This document shows, piece by piece, positions 29,253 through 40,207 of a stretch of 64,000 nt of DNA. A program made the position numbers and the translations under genes. The notes beneath the pieces are model-generated. The model saw nothing but the letters and a program-made list of their open reading frames with translations. It was not told the origin of the DNA and ran no database searches. Location: contig CACICB010000005.1 of assembly GCA_902585045.1 (NCBI GenBank), positions 317-64,316 of the forward strand, read 5' to 3'. The stretch comes from an uncultured Pelagibacteraceae bacterium. GTDB lineage: Bacteria > Pseudomonadota > Alphaproteobacteria > Pelagibacterales > Pelagibacteraceae. How positions within the stretch are numbered: position 1 is the first letter of the stretch; each line of letters begins with the position of its first letter.

Positions 29253-31048
29253 TGAAGAGTTTTTTTGTTATTTTCTACGAATAGATCAGTTAATTGATTT
29301 ATCATAACATCACCTAAATCTTGAACATCTGTAATTTTTACAGCTCTGTTATAATATCTAGTCACGTCGTGACCAATCCCAATAGCTAAAAGTTCAATAT
29401 TAGATTTATTTTCAATCCATTTTACTGTTTTTTTTAAGTTAGACTCTAGATAATCACTAGTATTAGTAGAAAGAGTAGAGTCATCTACTGGCGCTCCATC
29501 AGAAATTATCATTAAAATTTTTCTATCTTCTTTTCTTCTGTTCATCTTATTAAATGCCCATTTTAAAGCTTCACCATCAATATTTTCTTTTAACAAACCT
29601 TCCTTTAGCATTAGACCCATATTATTTTTAGATTGCCTCCATTGGGAGTCTGCAGATTTATATATTATGTGTCTTAAATCATTTAATCTTCCAGGAAATC
29701 TGGGTTTATCATTTTTCATCCATTTTTCCCTAGACAACCCACCTTTCCAATGTTTTGTCGTAAAACCTAAAATTTCCACTTTTACCATACATCTTTCCAA
29801 AGTTCTTGAAAGTATGTCAGCACAAATTGCGGCCACTGAAATAGGCTTTCCTCTCATGGAACCAGAATTGTCTATAAGAATTGTTACCAAAGTATCTTTA
29901 AACTCAATATCTTTTTCTTTTTTAAAAGATAAAGAATTAAATGGGTCCATTATAATTCTTGGTAATTTTGAAGTATCTAATAAACCTTCTTCTAAATCAA
30001 AGTTCCAAGATCTATTTTGTTTAGCTAAGAGTTTTCTTTGTAATTTGTTAGCTAGCTTAGATATAAAATTTTTAAGCTGCAATAATTGTTGATCTAAATT
30101 TTTTCTAAGTCTTGTAAGCTCCTCAGTGCTTTCAAGATCTTCAGCTTTTATTATCTCATCGAATTCTTCTGTATATGTTTTGTATTTTAAATCACCAAAA
30201 TTTAAATCTACTCTCTTATTTAAGTCAGGTCTTGAACTATCTTCAATTTCAATCTTCTCATCAGAGCTATCTGATTCTTTAGCTTCATTTTCTAAATCTG
30301 GAACCCCACTATCTATTGACATTTCATCATGTTTTTCCTGTTTTTCCTTAGTTTTAAAGTCTTTATCTTGAGAATTTGACTTCTTGTTTTCATCATTATT
30401 TTCTTCATTCTTTTTTTCCTCGTTTTCAATACTTTCATCTAAACTCATTTTAGAAATTAATTTTGAGACTAGAAAATTATACTTTTCTTGATCAAGTGTT
30501 AACTCTTTTAGTTCAGCAATTTTGTTTTTAAATTGTTCGTTAAGATCTTTTTTGTAAGACTTTAATTTTTTATCAATTTTATTATCATTTTTTAAATCTA
30601 AAAATTTTACTCTTAAGTAATTTTCGAATGATTCAACTATTTTATCTTCGCTACTTTTAAGGTCTAGACCTGATATTCGGTTTAGATAAAATTTTTCAAT
30701 ATTATTTTTTACTCCCTTAAAATAATTAGCACCTATTTTTTCACACCTAATTTTTTCTGAAATTTTATAAAGTTTTTTTGATATTTTTCCCCTTGGCTCA
30801 TACTTTTTAAAGGTTTTATTATTTGAAAATCTAAAACTTAGCGATTTTGAGTCAGCAATTGCTCTTATCTCCTCAAAATTAAATTTATTGGTTATTTTGC
30901 TTAATTCAGGTAATTTAATTGAAGAATTATCGGAGTTAGATACTTGATTTCCAAAGGAAATTTCAATTTTATTAGAGTTAGATATTGATTTTACCGTCGA
31001 ACTTATTGCAGTTTTAAAGTCTTCTAACTTCTCTTTTTTATTACTCAC
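29249..31048 (-). CDS. cobT: CobT-family vWA protein
   Basis: [47 protein letters not shown]. Confidence 0.92.
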   Translation of the reverse strand: MSNKKEKLEDFKTAISSTVKSISNSNKIEISFGNQVSNSDNSSIKLPELSKITNKFNFEEIRAIADSKSLSFRFSNNKTFKKYEPRGKISKKLYKISEKIRCEKIGANYFKGVKNNIEKFYLNRISGLDLKSSEDKIVESFENYLRVKFLDLKNDNKIDKKLKSYKKDLNEQFKNKIAELKELTLDQEKYNFLVSKLISKMSLDESIENEEKKNEENNDENKKSNSQDKDFKTKEKQEKHDEMSIDSGVPDLENEAKESDSSDEKIEIEDSSRPDLNKRVDLNFGDLKYKTYTEEFDEIIKAEDLESTEELTRLRKNLDQQLLQLKNFISKLANKLQRKLLAKQNRSWNFDLEEGLLDTSKLPRIIMDPFNSLSFKKEKDIEFKDTLVTILIDNSGSMRGKPISVAAICADILSRTLERCMVKVEILGFTTKHWKGGLSREKWMKNDKPRFPGRLNDLRHIIYKSADSQWRQSKNNMGLMLKEGLLKENIDGEALKWAFNKMNRRKEDRKILMIISDGAPVDDSTLSTNTSDYLESNLKKTVKWIENKSNIELLAIGIGHDVTRYYNRAVKITDVQDLGDVMINQLTDLFVENNKKTLH

Positions 31049-31050
31049 TT

Positions 31051-32028
31051 TTACAATGATATGTTAATTGAAGACTCTGGTAAATCTTCACCAAAACACC
31101 TCTGATAATACTCAGAAATTATTTTTTTTTCTAAATCATCACATTTGTTAAGGAATGTTATTCTAAACGCATAGCCTTTATCTTTAAATATTTCAAAATT
31201 TTCGGTCCAATGTAAAACTGTTCTTGGACTCATAACTGTAGATATATCACCATTAACAAAACCTTTTCTTGTCAAGTCAGCTACTTTGATCATATTTGAC
31301 AAATTTTCTTTACCTTCTTTATTGTTAAAATTTTTGTTCTTTGAAAGTATTATCTCAAGTTCTTTATCAAAGGGTAAGTAGTTAAGTGTCGATACTATAT
31401 TCCATCTATCCATCTGCCCCTGGTTAATTTGTTGAGTTCCGTGATAGAGACCAGTTGTATCACCTAATCCTACTGTATTTGTAGTTGCAAAAATTCTAAA
31501 AAAATCATGTTGTTCTAAAACTCTATTTTTATCCAATAGAGTAAACTTACCGTCACTTTCAAGTATTCGCTGAATTACAAACATTACGTCTGGTCTACCT
31601 GCATCATACTCATCAAATACTAAAGCCACAGGATTTTGAATAGACCAAGGAAGTATACCCTCTTTAAACTCAGTGATTTGTTTACCATCTTTTAAAATAA
31701 TTGCATCTTTGCCTATCAAATCTATTCTACTTATATGACTATCCAAATTTACTCTTACACAAGGCCAATTTAGCCTTGCTGCAACTTGTTCTATATGTGT
31801 TGACTTTCCAGTACCATGATATCCTTGTATTAAAACTCTCTTATTAAAGGAAAATCCAGCTAAAATTGCTAAAGTTGTATCCTTGTCAAATTTATAATCA
31901 GGATCAATTTTTGGAACATACTCATTTTTTTTAGAAAAAGCACTGACTTTCATATCACTGTCAAAACCAAAGGTTTGTTTAACTGAAAGTTTAATATCAG
32001 GTTTTTGTAAAAGTTGTTCGGTATTCAT
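31051..32028 (-). CDS. cobS: CobS-family AAA+ ATPase
   Basis: [34 protein letters not shown]. Confidence 0.95.
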   Translation of the reverse strand: MNTEQLLQKPDIKLSVKQTFGFDSDMKVSAFSKKNEYVPKIDPDYKFDKDTTLAILAGFSFNKRVLIQGYHGTGKSTHIEQVAARLNWPCVRVNLDSHISRIDLIGKDAIILKDGKQITEFKEGILPWSIQNPVALVFDEYDAGRPDVMFVIQRILESDGKFTLLDKNRVLEQHDFFRIFATTNTVGLGDTTGLYHGTQQINQGQMDRWNIVSTLNYLPFDKELEIILSKNKNFNNKEGKENLSNMIKVADLTRKGFVNGDISTVMSPRTVLHWTENFEIFKDKGYAFRITFLNKCDDLEKKIISEYYQRCFGEDLPESSINISL

Positions 32029-32540
32029 TTTTTTCCTAAAGTTTTTTTTAACTGACTGTATGCTAAAGTTATTTTTTTCAATTTTTCTTCAAACTTTTTA
32101 CTACCTTTGTTTTTATCAGGATGATATTTTTTTACAAGTTCTTTAAATTTTAATTGTATTTGCTCCCATTTTACCTCATCATTTAATTCCATCACATTAA
32201 GAGCATCTCGATCTGTTTGTGAAATCTTTGTTTTTTTAAAATCCTTAAAATTTGAACTTTTAAAAATATTTAATTTATCTTCAAGTGCATTATTCCACAA
32301 AATATTAAAAAAATTTTCAGATGAGCCAAATTTTTTAGTAGCTTTATGCCAAGTTAAATCAGATTTGATAAAATATTCAACTTCCTGGTCGTTCATATTT
32401 TCAAAATAATTCCAACTTTTATTAAAAATTTTGATATGCTTTAAACAAAGCAATCTATACTTTTTACTATTATCTTTTTCTACAGGCGCTTTATAAGAGC
32501 CGATTTCATTGCAGTTTTTCCAATCACAAATAATTTTCAT
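32025..32540 (-). CDS. J-domain protein with N-terminal Cys motif
   Basis: CDWKNC...CLKH, C-terminal KKYHPD. Confidence 0.9.
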   Translation of the reverse strand: MKIICDWKNCNEIGSYKAPVEKDNSKKYRLLCLKHIKIFNKSWNYFENMNDQEVEYFIKSDLTWHKATKKFGSSENFFNILWNNALEDKLNIFKSSNFKDFKKTKISQTDRDALNVMELNDEVKWEQIQLKFKELVKKYHPDKNKGSKKFEEKLKKITLAYSQLKKTLGKK

Positions 32541-32570
32541 AATTTTTATCTATATAGTAAAATTCATTTA

Positions 32571-32828
32571 ATGAATATTTATTTTGAAGAAATAAAAAAA
32601 AAATTAGTAAATAAATTTAAAATCGAAGACGTCGAAATTATTGATAATTCCTACAAACATAAAAGTCATAAGAATTTTTCTACTGATAAATTTCATTTAC
32701 ATTTAAAAATTAGATCTTTACATTTAAGTTCTTTACCTAGACTTGATGCTCAAAAAATGATCATGAAAGCTTTAAAAGAAGATTTTAAATTTAAACTACA
32801 TGCTTTAGAAATTAGCATTGAGAAATAG
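32571..32828 (+). CDS. BolA family protein
   Basis: DNSYKHKSH, LHALEI; divergent from J-domain/cobS as in Alphaproteobacteria. Confidence 0.88.
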   Translation: MNIYFEEIKKKLVNKFKIEDVEIIDNSYKHKSHKNFSTDKFHLHLKIRSLHLSSLPRLDAQKMIMKALKEDFKFKLHALEISIEK

Positions 32829-33924
32829 ATTTGATTTGACTTTTTAATCTGTATATTGGAATTTTAAATTTTCCAGGTGTGGTAGTTTTCCCAATTTTTT
32901 TTAGCAATATAAAATTTATTCTATCATCATCATTTTTTTTATCGCTTTTTAAAAAAGGAATTAAAGAATTAATTAATTTATGGTTACTATATTTATTAAA
33001 AGTATATTTTAAATTATTTTTTTTATAGATTTGTTCAATTTCTCTTAAAGTATTCTTGTTGCACACCTTTTTAACTAAGGAGAGCCTTGTGGCTAAAATC
33101 ATACCACTTAAAACAGCTTCACCATGACTGATCTTTTTAGAATAATTATTTTTTACCTCTATTGCGTGAGCAAATGTGTGTCCAAAATTTAAAATCATTC
33201 TTAATCCTTTTTCATTAGTGTCTCTAATAACGTAATAAATTTTTATCTCACAACTTTTTTTAATGGCATATGATAGTTCTTTACCTTTTTTTGATAAAAT
33301 ATATTTTGTATTTTTATTTAACCAATTAAAAAAATTTTTATCTTTGATTATAGAGTGTTTTAGAATTTCAGCATATCCACATATCATCTCTTTCTTTGGT
33401 AAGGAATTTAAGAAAGAGGTATCGTTAATTACTAATTTAGGTTGATAAAAAGATCCAATCAAATTTTTTCCTTGAGAGGAATTTACTCCAGTTTTTCCAC
33501 CAATTGCTGAGTCTGCTTGAGCCAATAGAGTAGTTGGTACGTTTATAAAGTTTACCCCTCTTTTATAAATACTAGCTACAAATCCAGAGACATCTCCAGT
33601 TATTCCACCACCAACACTTATGATTAAATCAGATCTATTTAAATTTTTTAATAATATTTTTTGGAGTAAACTATCTACTGTTTTTAAAGATTTAGATTTT
33701 TCGGTAGCATTGAAAGGAAAAAAAAAAGTTTCATAATTTTTCAATTTTTTTTTTAAAATATTTTTAAATTTTCTTGGCACTTTATTATCAAAAATTAATG
33801 CAATTTTTTTAGTTTTAGGACATATTTTTTTTATTTTTTTCTGAATTATACTTAAAGAATTACTTCCTATGATAATCGAGTAATTTTGAGAAGAATTTTT
33901 AAATTTTATTTCATGCATTTTCAT
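32812..33924 (-). CDS. aroB: 3-dehydroquinate synthase
   Basis: GGGITGD, PTTLLAQADSAIGGKTG, LNFGHTFAHAIE, HGEAV. Confidence 0.96.
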   Translation of the reverse strand: MKMHEIKFKNSSQNYSIIIGSNSLSIIQKKIKKICPKTKKIALIFDNKVPRKFKNILKKKLKNYETFFFPFNATEKSKSLKTVDSLLQKILLKNLNRSDLIISVGGGITGDVSGFVASIYKRGVNFINVPTTLLAQADSAIGGKTGVNSSQGKNLIGSFYQPKLVINDTSFLNSLPKKEMICGYAEILKHSIIKDKNFFNWLNKNTKYILSKKGKELSYAIKKSCEIKIYYVIRDTNEKGLRMILNFGHTFAHAIEVKNNYSKKISHGEAVLSGMILATRLSLVKKVCNKNTLREIEQIYKKNNLKYTFNKYSNHKLINSLIPFLKSDKKNDDDRINFILLKKIGKTTTPGKFKIPIYRLKSQIKSISQC

Positions 33925-34438
33925 AAATTTTTAATATTTTACCAATTATATTATCAATTTTAAGTTTATCACATCTTACTCTGTAGTCGGCTTCACTATA
34001 AGTTTTCTTCCTACTAAAGTAAATTTTTGCTATAGCCTCATTTATATTTTTATTAGACAGTAAAGGTCTTCTTTTTGATTTTTGTAGTCTATTAGTTAAA
34101 ATATTTAAATTCACATCTAACCAAAAACTAATAGAGGATTTTTTTACTTCTCTTCTTATATCTTTATTTAGGAATCCTCCCCCGCCTAGAGAAATTACAG
34201 AACTATCTTTTTTCAATTCAGTTAATGTAGTCTTGTTTTCAAGCATTCTAAAATAGTTTTCTCCTTTATTTTTAAAAATTAAGTTAATTGTGGTGCCCTC
34301 TTTTTCCTCAATTAACTTGTCAATATCTATATGTGTATAAGAAAGCTTATTAGCTAAGTTTTTGCCAATAGTAGATTTTCCAACACCCATCATGCCTGTT
34401 AAAACAAGGTTTTTTTTCAATTTAATAACCAATTTCAA
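33911..34438 (-). CDS. aroK: Shikimate kinase
   Basis: GMMGVGKST, GENYFR, SLGGG, RPLL; exact start uncertain. Confidence 0.95.
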   Translation of the reverse strand: MKLVIKLKKNLVLTGMMGVGKSTIGKNLANKLSYTHIDIDKLIEEKEGTTINLIFKNKGENYFRMLENKTTLTELKKDSSVISLGGGGFLNKDIRREVKKSSISFWLDVNLNILTNRLQKSKRRPLLSNKNINEAIAKIYFSRKKTYSEADYRVRCDKLKIDNIIGKILKIYENA

Positions 34439-34492
34439 TTTGATTTTTCATAAATTTGTCTTATTTATTGAGTTTAAATTAATTCTTAAACT

Positions 34493-34672
34493 ATGCAACT
34501 TAAATACAATAGACAGCCAAGTTTTGGAAGTTCTTTATTAAGAACATTCATGAAATTATTATTGGTAATTATAATTTTTATTTTATCAATTTTTTTAATA
34601 GAGAAAATAAATTTCCCTAGCCCAGAAAAAAAATACAATATTGACATTACAAATGATATTAAAAAACTTTAG
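34493..34672 (+). CDS. Small single-pass membrane protein (59 aa, not in ORF track)
   Basis: MQLKYNRQPSFGSSLLRTFMKLLLVIIIFILSIFLIEKINFPSPEKKYNIDITNDIKKL; fills gap and overlaps next start. Confidence 0.6.
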   Translation: MQLKYNRQPSFGSSLLRTFMKLLLVIIIFILSIFLIEKINFPSPEKKYNIDITNDIKKL

Positions 34673-36395
34673 TAAATTTTTAAGTTTATTAATAATTTTT
34701 ACATTTGCTTTTAGTGTCTATGCTGATGAAAAAATAGATATTTGGAAAAATGGCAATTTTCAAAAAGATAAAAATCTGGAAAATAATATAGACGGCTCAT
34801 TAACAAATAAAAATAAAGATACTAGTTCTTTAAATAAAATAGAAACAAATAAAAAAATTGAAATTACCGATGGGTCTATAGAAAAATCTCAGGAGGCAAA
34901 TGTTTTTGGTGTGTACGACCCTGAAGATTTCAATTTTAATTTAAACATGTGGTCAAATACTAAAGCTGAAGACGTTAAAGCAAGTATCAAAAGGTTAAAA
35001 AAGATTAAACTTTCACAAACATCAAATGATATATTAGAAAATATTTTACTTTCGTTTTCCTACCCGCCAGTTGGAATGAATGAAAAAGAATTTGCACAAC
35101 TTAAAATTAACTGGCTTATTGAAAATGATAAAATAGATTTAATTGAAAGTTTTTTAAAACAAAATAAAGATTTTGATGGCAAAGAAAAAGCTGTTCAATA
35201 TCTAGTTGACCGAAACATTTCGCAAGCAAATATTAAGAAAGGGTGTGAAAAAATAAAATTTATTGACAGCACAATAAGAGATTCTTATTTAGAAAAATTC
35301 AAAATATATTGTCTTGTTTTTAATAAACAAAACTCTCAAGCTCGCTTACTACTAGATTTATTAAGAGAACAAAATCAGTCAGATAAATTCTTCGATGATA
35401 AAATAAATTTTCTCCTCGAAATTTCAGATAAAACTACAAATGAGATTAATGAAAAAAATTTACTCAACTTTTATCTTTCTAGTGTGACTATAGAAGATTT
35501 TAATTATAAACCATCAAAGCAAACAAACAAAGAGATCTGGAAATATTTAAGCGCAGCAAATCTTATTAATATTGAAGATTTGACTGATAAAAAAGAGATA
35601 AAAGAATTAGAAAAAGCTGCTAATAATGGTCAGATTAACCCAAGTATCATATTCACTATTTACAAACAAATCCCATTTAATTTAAGCACCTTGATTAATG
35701 CAAAAAACCTATACCAAACACTAGACTCAAGCGATGCAAGATCATTAATTTACCAAAAGTACTTATTAGCGGAAGATGTAGATACAAAGGTAGAATACCT
35801 TTTTTTACTGGAGGATTTATTTAAAAAAGATAAAATTTTAAATATATTTGCAGAAGTTTTAAGCAACAGTTTACAAAACATCGGTATTGAAAATATTCCA
35901 AAAAAATATAAGGAAATTGCTGAGTCCAGGATAGAAAGAAATGAAAAGTTTAATTTAGGAAAAGTAAAGTATAACGATAAAATTTTGCACCAATCCAAGA
36001 TAATGAAATTTTATCTTGAAAATGAAGATGAAAAAAAAATACAAAAAGATATTAACAAAATTTTCAAAAAAATTACTAAAAATAAAAAATATTTTTTCTC
36101 AGCAAAAGATTTAGCTTTAGTTGAAGCTCTCACAAGAGATGGTTTTAATATTCCGAATAATTTTAATACAAAAGAACTTACCGCTAAATACGATGTGCCA
36201 AAAAATTTATTATCTCTGATTGAAAAAAAACAAAATGCTTTTCTAGCATTAAAAATAGTTGAGATTATAGGAGAAGATGAACCATATCAGCTAGATCCAG
36301 AAACTATTTATTTTATAACAAGTCTTTTAAACAAAATGGACTTAATAAAGATTAGAAATAAAGTATTAATATCAGCTCTACCCCAAAGAGTTTAA
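34653..36395 (+). CDS. Hypothetical exported helical protein
   Basis: Long ORF with signal peptide (..FAFSVYA/DE); ATG at 34653 preferred; no family recognised. Confidence 0.75.
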   Translation: MILKNFSKFLSLLIIFTFAFSVYADEKIDIWKNGNFQKDKNLENNIDGSLTNKNKDTSSLNKIETNKKIEITDGSIEKSQEANVFGVYDPEDFNFNLNMWSNTKAEDVKASIKRLKKIKLSQTSNDILENILLSFSYPPVGMNEKEFAQLKINWLIENDKIDLIESFLKQNKDFDGKEKAVQYLVDRNISQANIKKGCEKIKFIDSTIRDSYLEKFKIYCLVFNKQNSQARLLLDLLREQNQSDKFFDDKINFLLEISDKTTNEINEKNLLNFYLSSVTIEDFNYKPSKQTNKEIWKYLSAANLINIEDLTDKKEIKELEKAANNGQINPSIIFTIYKQIPFNLSTLINAKNLYQTLDSSDARSLIYQKYLLAEDVDTKVEYLFLLEDLFKKDKILNIFAEVLSNSLQNIGIENIPKKYKEIAESRIERNEKFNLGKVKYNDKILHQSKIMKFYLENEDEKKIQKDINKIFKKITKNKKYFFSAKDLALVEALTRDGFNIPNNFNTKELTAKYDVPKNLLSLIEKKQNAFLALKIVEIIGEDEPYQLDPETIYFITSLLNKMDLIKIRNKVLISALPQRV

Positions 36396-36416
36396 TTAGA
36401 ATATAATAAATTAAAG

Positions 36417-36941
36417 ATGTCCAAAAGAAATATTGTTATAGAACCTGATCCTATTTTAAGGAAAAAAAGCCAAGCTATTGAAGAAGCAAATGACGATTTA
36501 AGAAAGCTATTAGATGACATGTTGGAAACAATGTATGATGCTCCGGGTATAGGGTTAGCGGCTGTTCAAATAGGGATCTTAAAACGTATTATAGTTATTG
36601 ATATTTCAAAAGATAAAGAAAAAAAAGATCCTTTATTTTTAATAAATCCAGAGATAACTTTTAAGTCTAAAAATACTTCTGTGTATGAGGAGGGCTGTTT
36701 ATCTTTACCCGGTCATTTTGCTGAGATAGAAAGACCAGCAGAATGTCATTTGAATTACATTGACTATTATGGAAAACAAAAAAGTTTGCAAGCAAAAGGT
36801 ATATTAGCAACTTGTATTCAACATGAGGTTGACCATTTAGATGGAGTTTTATTTATAGATTATTTATCGAAACTAAAAAAAGATATGATAATTAAAAAAC
36901 TTAAAAAACATAAAAAAGAATTAAATCAAATTGTATTATAA
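36417..36941 (+). CDS. def: Peptide deformylase
   Basis: GIGLAAVQ, EGCLS, QHEVDHLDG. Confidence 0.98.
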   Translation: MSKRNIVIEPDPILRKKSQAIEEANDDLRKLLDDMLETMYDAPGIGLAAVQIGILKRIIVIDISKDKEKKDPLFLINPEITFKSKNTSVYEEGCLSLPGHFAEIERPAECHLNYIDYYGKQKSLQAKGILATCIQHEVDHLDGVLFIDYLSKLKKDMIIKKLKKHKKELNQIVL

Positions 36942-36946
36942 AATTA

Positions 36947-37864
36947 ATGGCTTTAAAAATAATTTTCATGGGAACACCATTTTTTGCTGTGCCTATACTT
37001 GAGTCAATTTTAAATTCTGAGCATAAAGTTTTAGCTGTCTACACTCAAAATCCAAAAAAAAGCAATAGAGGTCAGAAATTAAATATTTCTCCAATTCATC
37101 AATTTTCCAAAATCAACAATATTCAGGTAAGAAGCCCAATAACACTTGACCAAGAAGAAACTATATTTATTAAAAAAATGACCCCAGACGTTGTAGTTGT
37201 TGTTGCCTATGGAAAGATAATACCCAAAGAAATTTTAGAAATTAAAAATATAAAGTTTATAAATATTCATGCCTCACTCTTACCTAAATGGAGAGGTGCA
37301 GCCCCTATTCAAAGATCTTTGATTGAGATGGATAAAGAGACAGGTATATCCATAATGAAAATTGTTCAAAAACTGGATGCTGGACCATTTTTAATTCAAG
37401 AACGAATTAAAATTGAAAAAGATGATAATTACAATTCATTAAGTAATAAATTAGCAAACTTAGGCTCAAAACTGATTTTAAAATCATTAAATCTCATTGA
37501 AAAAAACAATTATAATTTAACTGAGCAAAATGAAGATCTAGCTACTTATGCTACTAAAATTGAAAAAAAAGAGTCTGAAATTAAATGGAATATACCAGCA
37601 AAAAAATTAATTGCTAAAATTAATGGTTTAAGTCCTTTTCCTGGCGCTTGGTTTAAGCATAAAAATAACAGAATAAAAATTTTTAAGGCTATCGAAGTGG
37701 ATCAAACCGGTAAAAGTGGAGAAGTATTGGATGATAATCTAACTATAGCATGTGAACATAAAGCGATTAAGATTTTATCCTTACAAAAACAAGGTAAAAA
37801 AATTATAAGCGCAAAAGAATTTTTAGCAGGTTATCAAATAAAAAAAGGAGAAAATTTACTTTGA
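36947..37864 (+). CDS. fmt: Methionyl-tRNA formyltransferase
   Basis: FMGTPFFA, NIHASLLPKWRGAAPIQ, LDAG. Confidence 0.97.
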   Translation: MALKIIFMGTPFFAVPILESILNSEHKVLAVYTQNPKKSNRGQKLNISPIHQFSKINNIQVRSPITLDQEETIFIKKMTPDVVVVVAYGKIIPKEILEIKNIKFINIHASLLPKWRGAAPIQRSLIEMDKETGISIMKIVQKLDAGPFLIQERIKIEKDDNYNSLSNKLANLGSKLILKSLNLIEKNNYNLTEQNEDLATYATKIEKKESEIKWNIPAKKLIAKINGLSPFPGAWFKHKNNRIKIFKAIEVDQTGKSGEVLDDNLTIACEHKAIKILSLQKQGKKIISAKEFLAGYQIKKGENLL

Positions 37865-38604
37865 AATTTAATTACCAAATAATTATAGAATATTTAGGAA
37901 GAAATTTTGCCGGTTGGCAAATTCAAAAAAATAGCAAATCAATTCAAGAAACTATTGAGAAAGCGTTATCAAAAACCTTAAATAAAAAAACTAAATTAGT
38001 GGGTTCAGGTCGAACAGATGCTGGAGTGAATGCTTTTGGCCAAAGTGCGAATTTTCAGGTTAAGGATGAAATAAAAAATTTTTATAAATTTTTATCAACA
38101 ATAAATTTTTTTTTAAGTAAACATTCAATCTCAGTTTTAAGTATTAAAAAAAGAAGTTTAAAATTTCATGCCAGACATAGCGCAAAAAAAAGACAATATG
38201 AGTATATAATCTTAAATAGAACAGCCAAGCTATCGATCGATGATTACCGTGTATGGTTAGTCAAAAAAAAACTTAATTTAAAAAAAATGAAAGAGGGCAT
38301 TTCATTTTTTAACGGAACACATAATTTTTCTGCATTTAGAGCATCTTCTTGCAACGCGAAAAATCCAACAAGATCAATCTGTAATACAAGAATAGTAAAA
38401 AAAAAAGACAAAATATTTATCAAATTTGAGTCAAAGTCTTTTCTTCAAAAACAAGTTAGGTCTATGGTCGGATGTCTTAAATATGTAGGAGAAAACAGAT
38501 GGAAACCTGAAAAAATTAAAGAGGTTTTGAAACTAAAAAAAAGAACTTACTGTGCTCCACCCGCACCACCTGAGGGCCTATATTTAAAAAAAGTTTTTTA
38601 TTAA
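37861..38604 (+). CDS. truA: tRNA pseudouridine(38-40) synthase
   Basis: GWQIQ, GSGRTDAGVNA, FHARHSA, APPEGLYL. Confidence 0.96.
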   Translation: MKFNYQIIIEYLGRNFAGWQIQKNSKSIQETIEKALSKTLNKKTKLVGSGRTDAGVNAFGQSANFQVKDEIKNFYKFLSTINFFLSKHSISVLSIKKRSLKFHARHSAKKRQYEYIILNRTAKLSIDDYRVWLVKKKLNLKKMKEGISFFNGTHNFSAFRASSCNAKNPTRSICNTRIVKKKDKIFIKFESKSFLQKQVRSMVGCLKYVGENRWKPEKIKEVLKLKKRTYCAPPAPPEGLYLKKVFY

Positions 38605-39740
38605 AGCTTTACCAATTGAAAGTACCTTGAACTTATTCTTTCCCATTTAAATTTTTTGGCGAAAGAAATTGATTTTTTTGAAAATCTATTCCAAAGCATT
38701 TTTTTAGTTTTAATTTCAATAATTTTACTTATTAGATCGTCTTTTGATTTGTAAATCAAAGTGTTATTGTAAAAATTTAATCCAACTTGCTCACTACAAA
38801 TTACTGGTAGACCAAAAGACATATAGGTTAGTACTTTTACCTGCACACCGGTAGCTATACTTAAATTTGCTATTCCACAAAAAGATTTATCAACATATTT
38901 AGTAATATTTTTTTGTGGTCCAAGAATTATTATATTTTTATTTTTTGATAAAAAATATTTATCGACATTTTTAATATCGCCAATTATGCAAAATTTAATA
39001 TTTGGATTTTGTTTTACTAGAGTAGGTAAAATATTTTTTGCAAAATCTTTTACTGCAAGAATATTTGGAAGGTAATTTAAGTTACCTATAAATAATATAT
39101 TTGGTTTTTTAGTTGAAAATTTTGCTTTTTTGTTAATCTTTTCTACTGACTCATTCACTTGAAAAATTTTGTTATGATAAATTTTTTTTATACTTTTTAC
39201 TTCTTTTTTTGAAAATAATAAAACTTTATCAAAGGATGAAAAAATTTTATCTTCGATATTTTTTACTATTATGCTCTCTAAAAAATAGATATATTTTAAT
39301 GGATTTAAAATATTTAAATATTTAAATGTCTGTAAATAATTATCCGAGTATAAATCACCCATGTCTAATATGGTTTTACCATAATAGTTTTTGGGCAAAT
39401 ATTGAGCTGATCTTATGTGAAGAAAAAAAATTAAATCATAATGATGCGAATTTTCACTTATATAATTTTTCATAGAATTTGAAAAAAAAAGACCAAATTG
39501 CACTGGTTCAAATTTTATTAATGAAATAAAGCAATAAAATATTTTTTTAAATAAATTTGGTTGATCAAATGAAATAAGATTGATGCCTTTAACAGTAAAT
39601 TTACTTTTTTTTCCTAAATAAGCTACGTCTACTTCATATTTTTTTTTCAATATATTTATAATCTTGAATGATCTTATTACGTCACCAGAATATCTACCAG
39701 AATAAGGATCTCGCGTAGAAACAAACAAAATTTTTTTCAT
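38601..39740 (-). CDS. Glycosyltransferase (GT-B, family 4-like)
   Basis: LFIGNLNYLPN, GVQVKVLTYMSFGLPVI. Confidence 0.82.
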   Translation of the reverse strand: MKKILFVSTRDPYSGRYSGDVIRSFKIINILKKKYEVDVAYLGKKSKFTVKGINLISFDQPNLFKKIFYCFISLIKFEPVQFGLFFSNSMKNYISENSHHYDLIFFLHIRSAQYLPKNYYGKTILDMGDLYSDNYLQTFKYLNILNPLKYIYFLESIIVKNIEDKIFSSFDKVLLFSKKEVKSIKKIYHNKIFQVNESVEKINKKAKFSTKKPNILFIGNLNYLPNILAVKDFAKNILPTLVKQNPNIKFCIIGDIKNVDKYFLSKNKNIIILGPQKNITKYVDKSFCGIANLSIATGVQVKVLTYMSFGLPVICSEQVGLNFYNNTLIYKSKDDLISKIIEIKTKKMLWNRFSKKSISFAKKFKWERISSRYFQLVKL

Positions 39741-40207
39741 TTTTTTTTATTTTTACTGGGTTTTTTTGATTTTTTTATTCTCCATCTCGAACCTTCACGA
39801 ACGATGTAACCAACACATTTTTCTGACCCACATTTACACGGATATTGTTTATAATCTTCATCAAAGTTAAAACCATAATCATAAGATAATTCATCACCTT
39901 TTTTTATGTTTCTCATTGCGTATATCCAAACCTTTTTACCCTTACCGAAAACCTCACAATTTGGTTCGCATGAATGATTAATAAGTCTCGCAATATTAAA
40001 TTTAAAATCACCGTCTAAATCGAATCTTTTATTAATATTAAATAAATAAATTGCTTTACCGTTATCAAACTTTGGGTCTATTTCGCTTTTTTTTACAGAT
40101 ATTATTTTTCCCTTATATTCAATAATTCTTGTGCCTTTTTTTATATCACAACTCGCGTATAAACCATTATTATCTATCTTAGATTTTTTAATTTTGAAAA
40201 GCTTCAC
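39737..40207 (-). CDS. SET domain protein with post-SET Cys motif
   Basis: GLYA, IIEYKG, ARLINHSCEPN, ELSYDY, CKCGSEKC. Confidence 0.92.
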   Translation of the reverse strand: MKLFKIKKSKIDNNGLYASCDIKKGTRIIEYKGKIISVKKSEIDPKFDNGKAIYLFNINKRFDLDGDFKFNIARLINHSCEPNCEVFGKGKKVWIYAMRNIKKGDELSYDYGFNFDEDYKQYPCKCGSEKCVGYIVREGSRWRIKKSKKPSKNKKK

